Part shown: one piece after another, positions 40,662 to 52,810 of the stretch
Numbering within the stretch: the first letter of the stretch is position 1
How the letters are laid out: each line of letters opens with the position of its first letter
Assembly: GCF_002113885.1 (NCBI RefSeq)
Contig: NW_018404823.1
Span: 1,050,911-1,114,910 of the forward strand
From: Mizuhopecten yessoensis
Lineage: Eukaryota
Direction of reading: 5' to 3'
DNA length: 64,000 bases
Notes under the pieces: model-generated
The model's input: only the letters and a program-made list of their open reading frames with translations
What the model was told of the DNA's origin: nothing
The model's database searches: none
Translations under genes and position numbers: made by a program

Positions 40662-41312
40662 AAGAGAGTAGTGAAATAGGTTTACTTGGGAGAGCATTGT
40701 AACAGCATAATAGTGGGCTACTTGAATAAAGTTTGCAATGAAAATGTCAACAGAGTCGAGACACTGACATATGCATTTTTAGTTTGTAAATCGCCGTGGT
40801 TTCAATGCTGTAAACACCTACTAAGTAGGTTATGCTAACGTGTACGTCTTTGATATGTGTATAAATGATATTTGCTTATGATGCTCAACGTTGTTTCTAA
40901 GCAATGTATAAATTGAAAAAAAAAGGTTTTCCCGAATTACAATGAATTAAAATAAAACAAGTCGTTATTTAACGACATCCCTTTGTGATATCCCTGAAGA
41001 AAGGGATTCGTATGACGATGTTTAATAATATCTGCAATTAATGTATCTGGTCGATAGCAGCTTGTCATGGCAAACCAACTTGCATTTTTTTTAGCTTTTA
41101 ATACCCAAAGAGGGGTCGCTTAAGTATTGGAACTCAGTTAGAGATATCTTAAAGAATTAAAGATGTCTTTAATCTGAATAATGACGTGTACGTAAAACCA
41201 AAACCTCTAAAATACATAAATTCGTGACTAATACACGTTTTTGAGAACTGTACAGTAAGGTACATAATTTCATTTCAATTTCTTTCCAATTCTTATAATT
41301 TTCGGGTCTTAA

Positions 41313-41456
41313 TGTCACCAGAAACCGGAGTACCCGGAGAAAACCTACGTGGTCTGGCAGGTGAGCCAATACCTTTTCATGTTCGATCGGGGACAAAAAC
41401 ACCGACCGTATTTGTGAAAGGCGAGTGCGCTATCTACTACGCCACCCAACCACCCA
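41313..41456 (-). mobile_element. tRNA-derived SINE (V/Meta-type core)
   Basis: Minus strand: A-box-like ggtggcgtagtagatagcg, then ggttttctccgggtactccggtttc core. Confidence 0.7.
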
Positions 41457-41764
41457 CTTGCTATCGGCCATCGCTTTAACATGTATGTCTCAGCAGTTGG
41501 TGCAACACAATTGCTACGAACCTAGTAAATAACACCTACTAATACATAAATTGGTCCTTATTGTTCTGCAAGGAACTGACACCTCAAATATATCAAAAAT
41601 AAGCAATAATGCACCGAAAAACATGTTTCGACTAATTAAATATCATAAAACTTTGAGGTGACGTTACGTTTTATTTTCTGCATTGCATGTAAGCCAAGTA
41701 TCCTTTAGAGGTGTTTCGGTAGTGCACGATTATCCTAACGTCCACATCAATCTCTCTAACTTAC

Positions 41765-41955
41765 TATTCCGTCTTTTCGTATTGCAGAGTTATCTGCTCT
41801 TGTGAGCAGGTATTGATTGTTACGTCATTTGTTTGTGAGAGTATCGTCATAGATTTTTGAGAAAACGACGTATTTTGTTTCACACAAACTAATAGCGTAA
41901 CAATCAATACCTGCTCACAAGAGCAGATAACTCTGCAATACGAAAAGACGGAATA
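41765..41955. mobile_element. ttccgtc MITE, copy 4 (variant arms)
   Basis: Same architecture; absent from the duplicated block at ~44925. Confidence 0.9.
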
Positions 41956-42394
41956 GAAAGGGGGGATATCCCGTTTTCATTAAATAAACTTTGGCGTAGA
42001 ATACTTTTTTCTGTGTCCTTCATTCTTTAGAGTTTGACAAATTAATTTTTATTTGAAAGAAATATACCCAACTAGGTTCCCTTAAAAAATGGTAGTTACT
42101 CTTTTGTTTTTAATACATAAAATAGATCAAGACAAACAGATTGAAAACATGTAGTATGTCCAAATTATATCAATCGATTGTTGCTTATAATTGGTTGAAT
42201 TTTCACAAAATACAAAAAGTGAAGTAACAAAGGATATGAATTTTCAACAAATTAAGTTGATTGAGCAAGAACCTTGCAAAATAAAATCCTGGTGTTGAAA
42301 TGACGGTATTTAGATATTGGCCACACCAGAGTAAGAATTTCGATTCAAACAACTGAAAATTCTTTAATAATAAAATTATCATAATTTCTCTTAT

Positions 42395-43006
42395 GGTAGC
42401 AGTGTACAGTAGCGTACGGTGGTCATGGTGATATTTTTGTACAATGAAAAACTCCTGTAATATTACATGTATCGAAATGAAATAAAAAATCAGCACTAAA
42501 TTGGCATATATAGGATGAAGTGGACTATGTGGGCTTCATATTTAGATTTTTTTTATTCTAATCTGGTTTGAGACTACATTTTTGGCCAGCTGTTCATGTA
42601 GTCTATTTTTGTACTCAGCACATGTGTAAATATTGTGAAAAATCCAGTTGAACGAATTATGCGAAAACGTGCGTATTTTTGTTACCGAGTGGATGATATT
42701 TAATTCAAGACAGGTTTTAAGAAACAAATTACTACTTGCGTGGGTCAAATTTTGGGTTAAATTTGAGTTGTTTTGCATTTTGTGGTGTTTTTTGATGTGG
42801 TAACCATGGTTTTCACAAGTCCCAAATCTAGGGTAACACTTTTTGAAAAAAAATCATTCTTCTAAAACAAATGTATTCAAAATGTAGTGTATGAATATAT
42901 ATATATATATGTATGTGTGTTGTGCAGGATGAATCCACTATCCATGTTTATCAGAGACATGCCCTTTATTTTAAGGATCAGGCCATTTCTACTGTACTCT
43001 GCTACC
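42395..43006. mobile_element. Second copy of the Kolobok-like element
   Basis: Same TIRs and colinear interior as 7663-8308. Confidence 0.8.
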
Positions 43007-43738
43007 TATGACTAACTTGGCCCTGTGTGCCAGTTTGGTGGACTTGTGTATCTATTCGTATGACAAGTAGCATTTTGGTCCTTTTATTTAAGTACTGTCA
43101 GTTTTACTGCTTATAATCAAGAAATATACATACTATCATTCTTTCTATGCAAACACGTGCATGCTATTATTTGTTGTCCAGAACATGATTCGATTTAATA
43201 ATAGCATACATGTACGTGCAATGCGGGGTAACATAAGAATACGTTGATAATGATATTAAATACACGAATACTATGTTGATTACCAAGCCTGATAGTCTGG
43301 TGCACTTTACATAGCACGTACATTCTAACGATAGGTAGACTGCTGCCTATTGCGAAATCAGTTGATATATTTGGGCTTAGACGTAGTCCAACAATCTGTG
43401 AACAAAACGTTATCGTTTGCGTGGATAAACACTCCTTTATTGATAATTAAAGCTGTAGTTTTAGCAAAACGGTTCTTTGCATTTGAGGATAACCCGTTTG
43501 ATTTTTTTTTATTTCAAAGAATAGGTCACTGCGCACATGATATAAATCGCTCTGTTGTGTACTCCGTTTAACAAACGTTTCGTCAGACTATTAGATAAAG
43601 GAAAATATATTTTTACATTACACTTCAATGGGAAACCACTTATCATTTCGTAGTTCTTGAGAGATAACAGTATTCACTGTTAAAATCAATATTCCAATCG
43701 CATTCTCGGACCGTTATTTCTTACGATTATGTGCAGAA

Positions 43739-44098
43739 ATGAAAGATCTATGCTCAAAAGCTGTGAAAATATTTATGGAAAAAGTGACAAAAATGATCTT
43801 ACGCCAGAAATTGGTAAATTATGTGATGAAAAACATAGCAAAAATACCTATGTTCATATCCGGCAGTAGAGTCGAGTGCATTCAAGGTCTAAATTCTGAT
43901 ACCGATATCATATATGAATCGACAACTATCGTGGCAACAGCTAACACTGAACAAGCCAGGAGTCTACTACCTGACGGTGAACATCAGGAAATTCCACTAT
44001 GCAAAAACTGCACCAAACGTGACTACGACGCTATTGTTGTAATGGATACATTACATTTAAGTATGACGCTTATATATAATTTTAGCAAATACAACTGA
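43739..44098 (+). pseudogene. Truncated cGLR copy (first ~104 codons, closest to the 45691 gene)
   Basis: Near-identical to the N-terminus of 45691, including GSRVE and SDTD; 36-nt in-frame insertion at 43973-44008; homology ends at ~44051. Confidence 0.88.
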
Positions 44099-44494
44099 AT
44101 TAGAATAAAACTAGTCGTTATTTCGTGTGAGCCCTGTCTGGTATCTCTGTAGGTAGGGATTCGTGCGACGGTGTTTAACTATCTGCAATGTTCCCGGCGG
44201 ATAGCAGCTTGTCATGGTAACTTACACCTACACGTTTACACAAAGAGGGGTCCCAAACATATTAGGGCTCAAATAGAGATATCTAAACGAGTTAAAGATG
44301 TCTTGTATAATTTAGTTATAGAGCTATCTTTGAAAGAATAATAAATATGTCCTTAAACAGAATTATGATATACGTAAAACCAAAACTACTGAAATACAAA
44401 AGTTCGCGACTAATACACGTTTTTGAGAACTGTACAGTAAGGTACATAACTTCATTTCGATTTCTTTCCAAATCTTATAATTCTCGGTCTTAAT

Positions 44495-44635
44495 GTGACC
44501 AGAAACAGGAGTACCCGGGGAAAACCTACGTAGTCTGGCAGATGAGCCCATACCTGCTCACGTTCAATCGGGGAGACGAACACCGGCCGTATTCGTGTAA
44601 GGCGAGTGCGCTATCTACTGCGCCACCCAACCACG
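44495..44635 (-). mobile_element. Duplicated copy of the same SINE
   Basis: Colinear with 41313-41456 inside the duplicated block. Confidence 0.7.
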
Positions 44636-44967
44636 CACTTGCTATCGGCCATCGCTTTAACATGTATTCTCTGCACAATTGGTACGAACCTAGTAAATAA
44701 CACCGAATAATACATAAATTGGCACTGATACTGACACCTCAAATATATTAAAAATAAGCAATAATTCACCGAAAAACATGTTTCGACTAATTAAATATCA
44801 TTAGATAAAACTAAGAGGTGACGTTACGTTTTATTTTCTGAATTTTATGTAAGCCAAGTGTCCTTTAGAGGTGTTTCGGTAGTGCACGATTATCCTAGCG
44901 TCCACATCGATCTCTCTAACTTACTATAGAAAGAAAGGGGATATATCACATTTTCATTAAATAAACA

Positions 44968-45158
44968 CAAGTCCCAAATCTGGGGAAACGCTTTTTGAAA
45001 AAATGTCATTCTTCTAAAACAAATGTATTCAAAATGTAGTTTATATACATATATATATATATGTAGTTGTGTTGTGCAGGATGAATCCACTATCCATGTT
45101 TATCTGAGACATGCCCTTTATTTTAAGGATCAGGCCATTTCTACTGTACTCTGCTACC
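44968..45158. mobile_element. 3' fragment of the Kolobok-like element (5' part deleted in the duplicated block)
   Basis: Matches ~42815-43006. Confidence 0.75.
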
Positions 45159-45690
45159 TATGACTAACTTGGCCCTGTGTGCCAGTTTGGTGGACTTGTG
45201 TATCTATTCGTATGACAAGTAGAATTTTGTTCCTTTTATTTAAGTACCGTCAGTTTTACTGCTTATAAACAAGAAATATACATATTATCATTATCTGTAT
45301 GCAAACACGTGCATGTTGTTATTTGTTGTCCCGATCATGATTCGATTTAATAATAACATGCATATACATGCAATGCGAGGTAACATAAGAATACGTTGAT
45401 AATGATATTAAATACACATACATTATGTTGATTACTAAGCCTGCTAGTCTGGTGCACCACTAAAAAGCGCATAAATTCTAACGGTAGACTGTCTGTTGAC
45501 ATACTTGAGCTTAGACGTAGTCAAAAAATCGATACATCGTAACAAGCATTTTTTTCTGTGAACAAAACGTTATTGTATGCGTGGATAACACTCATAAATT
45601 CGTAGTTGTTGAGAGATAACAGTATTCACTGTTAAAATCAATATTCCAATCGAACTTTCGGACTGTTATTTCTTATGATTATGTGCAGAA

Positions 45691-47655
45691 ATGGAAGATC
45701 TATGCACAAAAGCTGTGAAAATATTTATGGAAAAAGTGACAAAAATGATCTTACGCCAAAAATTGGTAAATTATGTGATAAAAAATATAGGCCAAATACC
45801 AATGTTTATATCCGGCAGCAGAGTTGAGTGCATTCAAGGACTAGATTCTGATACCGATATCATATACGAATCGAAAACTATCGTGGCAACAGCTAACACT
45901 GAACAAGCCGGGAGTCTACTACCTAGCACCAAACGTGACTACGACGCTATTGTTGTTATGGAAACATCAAATACACACGCTGGCTATACAAAAGTGAAGG
46001 TGTTTGATATCAATCAAAACCTGTCTCAACCCCAGATAGATGTTATGTCCCTTTGTCCCGATGATGCAAAATTCGTCTCCAGTGAACAGGTATCACAATA
46101 TTGGAAGAAGGAAATAGCAAAAGGTGTCATATTCCCATCTCATGGTATGTATAAAGAATATCAACCTCATGGACCGTGTACAACATTCAAGTACGGTGGA
46201 ATAATGCAGATCTACGATATAGACACACTCTTTTCCTTGAAATGCAAATGGCCGGAAACAGCCACAAAATGGTTAACAGAACACCGCAAGTGTAAATGGC
46301 CTGATCAGAACACTTTAGCGACGATTGAGTCAATGGGCTGTAGTTTGGTTCCCATAGGACACGCCTCCTCCTCCGAAAAGGGCTTAGAATGGAGAATATC
46401 CTTTAACAAGGCTGAGCGAGAGCTTGTGTGGTCTTTCAATGGTACTCAATACGCGTGTATTGACTTTATGAAGATTTTTTTTCACGCAAAAATCAGCCCA
46501 AAGTTTCCAGATGTTTTTCCATCATACTTCATCAAAACAACTATGTTTTGGATGATAGAGGAAACAGCATCTGAAATGTGGAGACCGGAAAATCTATCGG
46601 AGTGTCTGGAAGAGTTGTTGAACAGACTAATTACTTGTATTGAGGAAAAGAAAGTAAGAAATTATTTCATTCCGTTGAATAACATGATGGACACAAGATC
46701 CACATTGGATTTGGAAAATCTTCTTTCAGAATTGAGGATGTACAAACAACTCGGACCCGACAAATGGACAGAAATTATCAAGTTAAGAGTAGATGAAGTG
46801 GATGAAAATGACATATATTTGCACCACGTAGAAATCAATTCCCTGTGTGTTGTTCGCCATATCACTATGACCACCCTTGATACTATGGAACCAGACACAT
46901 TTTGTTCAAAATTAAAAAACATAAATGACCATTTGGAACGAGCTATAGGCCTACGTTTTTCACAGAATACTTGTTTGAACTTACAAAGTGAAATAGGAAC
47001 AATTCATGAGCTTCAAAGCTTCTTCTTGTCAGGAGAAGACACGGATAAGGCGAGAGATAATCTTCAACCTTTACTTCAAAAGCAAGCCGATACGACCTTC
47101 TGTTGTGGTCGAATGATGCTAGCTACGCTTCATTTATATCAAAAATCATATAGCGAAGCACAAGCTATTGTTGAAGATGTCATCAGAGGCTACACCAACA
47201 AAGTGGTTCATTACACGTTCCATAACAGAGACAAGACTCCGAAAGACGAAGACTATGCCGACATGTATCGCACAAAATCAAGTACTTTTCATGAAACGTT
47301 AAAGCGTTTCATAGCGTTTGATATAGCATGTCTTCCCATTTTGAAAAAGTTTTACCCAAAAGCTGTTGGGAGCGTGATGCAGAATACTGATTCGGTTTTG
47401 TTCATCAATCCTTTGTTCTATGCTCATGTCATACATTTGCATTGCTGTGTTGCATCTGGGAATCTCACTAGGGCATCTCAGGTAGCTGATGATTTGGTCT
47501 CATTCATGACAAAAAAATCCAAAATCATCCGACAGACATCGGACACTTCTTTATATCATATAGCAAGGGAGTGTCTAAAGATGGTTGGCAGGTCTGAAGA
47601 AGACATTGCATCTATTATCAACCCATTTGAAGGTACGGTGATATTATTTTATTAA
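45691..47655 (+). CDS. cGAS-like receptor (cGLR; Mab-21 nucleotidyltransferase), 654 aa, paralogue of 38727
   Basis: SGSRVE, SDTDII, PHGPC, YDIDTL; GCSLVPIGH, EWRISFNKAERELV, PSYFIKTTMFW, NYFIPLNN; colinear with the 38727 ORF. Confidence 0.92.
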   Translation: MEDLCTKAVKIFMEKVTKMILRQKLVNYVIKNIGQIPMFISGSRVECIQGLDSDTDIIYESKTIVATANTEQAGSLLPSTKRDYDAIVVMETSNTHAGYTKVKVFDINQNLSQPQIDVMSLCPDDAKFVSSEQVSQYWKKEIAKGVIFPSHGMYKEYQPHGPCTTFKYGGIMQIYDIDTLFSLKCKWPETATKWLTEHRKCKWPDQNTLATIESMGCSLVPIGHASSSEKGLEWRISFNKAERELVWSFNGTQYACIDFMKIFFHAKISPKFPDVFPSYFIKTTMFWMIEETASEMWRPENLSECLEELLNRLITCIEEKKVRNYFIPLNNMMDTRSTLDLENLLSELRMYKQLGPDKWTEIIKLRVDEVDENDIYLHHVEINSLCVVRHITMTTLDTMEPDTFCSKLKNINDHLERAIGLRFSQNTCLNLQSEIGTIHELQSFFLSGEDTDKARDNLQPLLQKQADTTFCCGRMMLATLHLYQKSYSEAQAIVEDVIRGYTNKVVHYTFHNRDKTPKDEDYADMYRTKSSTFHETLKRFIAFDIACLPILKKFYPKAVGSVMQNTDSVLFINPLFYAHVIHLHCCVASGNLTRASQVADDLVSFMTKKSKIIRQTSDTSLYHIARECLKMVGRSEEDIASIINPFEGTVILFY

Positions 47656-50600
47656 ACTTGTAGTTCACATAAAATTATTAGGCTTGCCTAAGTCTGCTTT
47701 GAAATTATATATTATTAGACTTTACATGTAAACATTTTGTACATGGGAAAAACCAGAGTTTGTAGCTATTTTAATACACTGTTGCTAGGTACAAATTATA
47801 CGAAATATCATAATCAAGCTATAACGCACATGCACTTTCAGATCACCAATTTTTATACCCAGTAGTGTCAAGCGCAGTATAAGACTGCCTTCTGATACTG
47901 ATAGCAAACATCGGTATGCAACGGTATATGAATCGACAACAGACGTGACAGCAGTTAGTTAATACTCGACAAGCTAGAAATTTACTTCTGTAACCTGGCT
48001 GTGTTAATAACATAAATGAATTTTCAACGAAAACAAACACATTCTGACTAGGTGCATACATCTAGTACACACCTCGCAAATATTTATGATATCAGTATTC
48101 TTGTGTGATCAGTAGCCCACAAACTTCCTCTTTTTACGGACGGGTCGATATTCAATTGTCATTTAGATTAATAGATACATGTGTGGTTTAGTACATATAC
48201 CAGTAACGTTATTTTCGTTAATATTCGTCATTTTCTTTCCCTAATTAAAACATGTTTTTGCTGTTTTTATCGGTAAAATGTACTAACATAACTAATTGAT
48301 AGTGCAAACCTAAGTAAGTTATTCTTTTAGTTACCGAGAAATACATACGCGCTGTTTAACACATGTAGCAGGTATCACGGCGGTATTATCATTCAATGTA
48401 ATATAAAAGCTATTACGATATTTTATTGATAGTATAGTATCAAAAAACCGATGTCCTAGTATTTGGTAAATGATGGTTGATGATAATGAGATTGCATATC
48501 GTCAATCGCGTTTTCCCCCCAATAACCCTATTCCTGTACTATAAAAATGTATGTGCATAGAAGGTGGAATTCAAAGAAATTATGAATACACGATGCAATA
48601 ATGTTGTCATGATTAATACATACTTTAACAGATAAAGGGAGATTACTGTTACAGAAGAAATACTATTGTACATTTCTCGGGACCCTATATACTTATTTGA
48701 AACTATACAGAATTTTTTGTAGCTATTCATGACTGCATATCGAAAAATGAAGTTTTATTTCAATGATAACATTTTCGAATTATCATACGAATATTTTCAT
48801 TTTACAGTGATACTGGATTAATTTGCCTCCTGGATGCACTGGCTGGATACGGCACTAGCTGATGATAGATATCATGTCGTTTACCGTGAAAAGGATCTGG
48901 TTGTACCACAGACTACAACCTTCTGTATCACAAAAACAATATCGACCACAAGTACTATCTTGGAACATACTGATGACAACGACTTCTGTATATTTTGGAT
49001 AATACAATACATGCGTGTTTACATGTAAAACATACTGTTAGTCAAACAGTTACAAAAAACTCTAATGGTGGATTCGAAAATTGAGAGTAAAAAAGTAATA
49101 TATATTGCGATACAAATATAATAGAAATACAAATTAAACCTCGTTATTTAAAACCATTTGCAATGCTATAGTTTGGAGATATAAATGGCATTGGCAATAC
49201 AGTATATAGAGAAAACATTTAAAAGGATTGTTTAAAAAGAAACAAAAAGGGCATATCTATGTTGAGGGTATTTGAGATGAAGTAAAACAAGGGAAATGTA
49301 GATAAACCAAAATATATTACTATCACAGTGTTATAAGCAAACTTATACCAATGCCATCAGTGTTTCTCCTTTAGCATCTGAAATCGTGAGGCCATTGTAT
49401 ACAGGGCCAATCAATAAGGTAACGTTAGGAAGCTTCGGAAATATCCATTTTACTGGCGATACAAACACTTCCAAATCTTAAATATCATAGATCACCAATT
49501 CCCATAACTTTGTTATGCTAACATAAACGAAATAGACGGATTCTTTTTCATGCTGATATGCAGCCACCACGAACACATTCATAATGTTAAACTTACCTAA
49601 GCTGGCTTCATTAAAGATATAACCGATTTTCATTTATTCCGGAAACAAACAAACGTTCAATACCTATTTTACAAATGACTGAAATTTGAAAAAAAAACAA
49701 TTGTCCGCTTATTATACGACATAAAAAAGATATTTCCTTTTGCGATTGCAAAATATATCATACTTCATGAGATATTTTAATCGAATGTTATAACATGGTG
49801 CATATTTGTGTAAGCATGACACTGCCACCAATATACAAATGAACTATGTAACAATGACAGACACACATTGGTAGGGACCTATATTGGTGATTTCAGTTTC
49901 ATTCTGACGTCACAATGGTACGTTAGCTACATGAATCACATAGAAATGAAAATAGATTTTAATTTTGCTGTCAATATGAAATGAACTACATCTAATTAAA
50001 AAAAAACATTATTTTGCGTCACAACAGTGAACCACGATGACAAAGGCAATATGAATGCTTACTCATTAAATAAAGGTCAGTGACTATTACCTGAAAGAAG
50101 TTCGCTGCTTCATTGTTTTGTATTACAGTAATCACGCGGAAGTTGTAAAGCCTTTATTTCGATAAACATTCCAACTCAAAATGTTTTGAAAGCATATCAA
50201 AAAGAGGTTTTACATTTTAAAATCCTCCAATCGAACTGTCCTGGTATTTCATATGAACTGTTAGATTAATCGGGAACCAGTCATCGTTAAATTTGAACAA
50301 TGATGACTAATTTGCCTTTGTCGACTTCCGGGAAAGGTATGAATTACAAAAAAAATCCTTTTCATAGTTCCATCTAAATGTTTCAAAAATAAAAATAAAC
50401 TACGCCTAATGATAAGCTGTTTTGAAAGTAAACATAAGGGTTGAAATGTATTTTAAAACATTTCTTTTTTTCCTCTTCTTGATAATGGCAAATCTTCATA
50501 ATCACTGAAGTTTTATTTCAATGCCATAAGCTGGTTAAAAAGTGAAACAGAAGGTGTTTTTGTTTCTGTATTTTTGTTGATTTTTTTTGTTTGTTTGTGT

Positions 50601-52379
50601 AACTATGAGTCCAATACACGGTTTTGTGCACACTTCTGAAGTATCTTTTTTAATGCAACTGCTGCAAGCCATAATAAGATGTTTGAATTGTAATCCATAT
50701 TTAAATCTTCACATATAATTTAAGTGTTGTATACATGTGTTATAATGAAGTTTCTATATTGCAGTATAGTAAAGTACATATAAAATGTGCTGAAAAGACT
50801 GACACGTTTAAACGTTATTAATTAACTTTTATTGTTATTTTAGTGTGAATAATAAAACAATAAAATTATACTTATTTCTGTTCTTACGTCATTGCTACAT
50901 GACCAAGGCCATTATCTAAGATAGATGAAATGATGAAACCCAACGTCATTGAAACCGATTTTTTTATACACCGGCCAACATAATCGTTTCTGCCATATTC
51001 GGTTCAGATAAGATACAATTTAGTACAAAATTACATTTTTCGCCAGCCACATACTTTACTTAAATTAAGTCAGAATATTCAACGCAATGAATTGTAGCAT
51101 AAATATAAACGACGCAGTAAAGGTAGGGTTCAGCTTAGATAAAGATTTTATCGTGTCAAATATCTGTACCAAGCTATGACCAAATATCTCGCTTGACAAT
51201 CCCTCTTTATCGTTTATCAGTAGTTACGAGTAGTATGCGATACATTAAGATAACTGAACCCCGATCATGTATGACTGTAGATTAGTTTATATACCTCATT
51301 GTTTACCTTTTAATTGTTTAAAATTTTTAAGGGATCGTATTGATTTTGTGAATATGTAAAAACCAGAAAATAGCACACAAGTCTGGGATCTGTCTGTTAC
51401 AATAATTTTAAATATGAGGAAATCCTGAAGTGTGATTTTTAAATAAACATAATGATGACAATTTGTTCTAAGGTAATGATGATGACGTCAGTGTTCATTG
51501 GTAATCAGAACCGATATAACCATAATATTCAGGTAATAAGAATATGCCGAGGAGTGGCTGTAATATCACGACTGAGGAAAGGATAGTTAACAGTTTTGAT
51601 ATGAAAGTCATCATGTATGTAAGAGAATCTGGAAATGAGATGACTATTATTTCTATCCTATAGAGAAATGTCAGAATATGAGGCTGAAGAATAGAAGCTT
51701 GTGGTATGTATCTTTCATTGCAAGTACTAAGATACCATTGGAGAAAGTGTATAGGGTTATTTTATTTACTGGGACAATGTTGCGATACTTGGACTGATAA
51801 AATGTTATATTTCTGTCTTGAGACCGATACATATGGCTACTTTTTTCTTCCTTTTACCTCGTAAATATCGACGTATTAAGAAACTCTTTAAACATTATAG
51901 AGAACTTACACACATTAAGAGCTGTCTGAGTATATAATGAATCAGTTACAATTGCATAACATCAATCGTATTAATTTTAGCACCTGGAATGTTATTCGTG
52001 ATACAGTCGATAGATTACCTTTGCACTTCATCGGCCAAAGAAGTGTGTATATTATCAAATTGTGGAACGAATGGGGGGATTAACATTGTTTGGATTTTCT
52101 ACAATTTGCATCCTGTTTAAATAGTATGGGTAACAATCTACGACGTTATAGCAAGCTGAAACATTCCCATAAATCGTTATTTAAGCAGAGAAATATTATG
52201 TGTCAAAAGTATACTTTTGTAATGTTTAACATTATCAGAACGATCGAACCTCATTCATGTAAAATCTGGAAATTCATCCACAAATAGTTGTCCTTGGGAA
52301 ATTACCTACATAGTCGCACAACATAAACAATCTATGAAGAAACAATGAAAGACCTGTCAATTAAAGATAATGAACAATG

Positions 52380-52810
52380 GAGCTTGTTACCCTGTATCAG
52401 CCGTCACCATCACTGCGGTCGGAGTCAGAATCTTTGTTGTGTGTCCCAAAATCTCGTACTGTGACCTACGGAAACATTTGCTTTGGGAGGGTTTCGGCTA
52501 CGTTGTGCAATAGCTTAACTTGCTATTAGAAAGTCAAATACCCTGGCCAAGTTCAAGAGGGACATCAAAACTCACCTCTTCACGTCTGCATTTTAGAATC
52601 TTTGCAAAGACGTCATGTAAATACCACCCTTTTATTTGTTCAATTATGTGCACATTGCTTGCTTAAATGTATAAAAGTGATTGTAAGCCTTTGTTTTTTG
52701 TTTTCACAATTATAACCATTATTATTATCCATATGTTGTAAAGCGCTTTAGAGTAATTTTACAAATTATATAGGGCGCTATATAAATGTTGTATATTATT
52801 ATTATTAATA
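52380..52810 (+). mobile_element. 5'-truncated L2/CR1-group LINE 3' end
   Basis: Frameshifted ORF2 tail YQPSPSLRS...VPKSRTVTYG...LCNSL / IRKSNTLAKFKRDIKTHLFTSAF*; 3' UTR tgtaaagcgc...gcgctatataaat; (ATT)n tail. Confidence 0.8.

Larger units (their letters stand above)
40935..45965 (+). repeat. Local tandem segmental duplication (~40935-44051 vs ~44088-45965)
   Basis: Colinear shared sequence: cGLR1 3' flank, SINE, Kolobok-like element, upstream region and cGLR N-terminus, with indels. Confidence 0.9.

Noticed and set aside
41169-44551. Similar short ORFs at 41169-41402 and 44363-44551
   Set aside because: Similarity is explained by the segmental duplication and SINE overlap; not coding.
38860-46922. 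Short antisense or alternative-frame ORFs inside the cGLR genes
   Set aside because: Shadow ORFs with no independent motifs.
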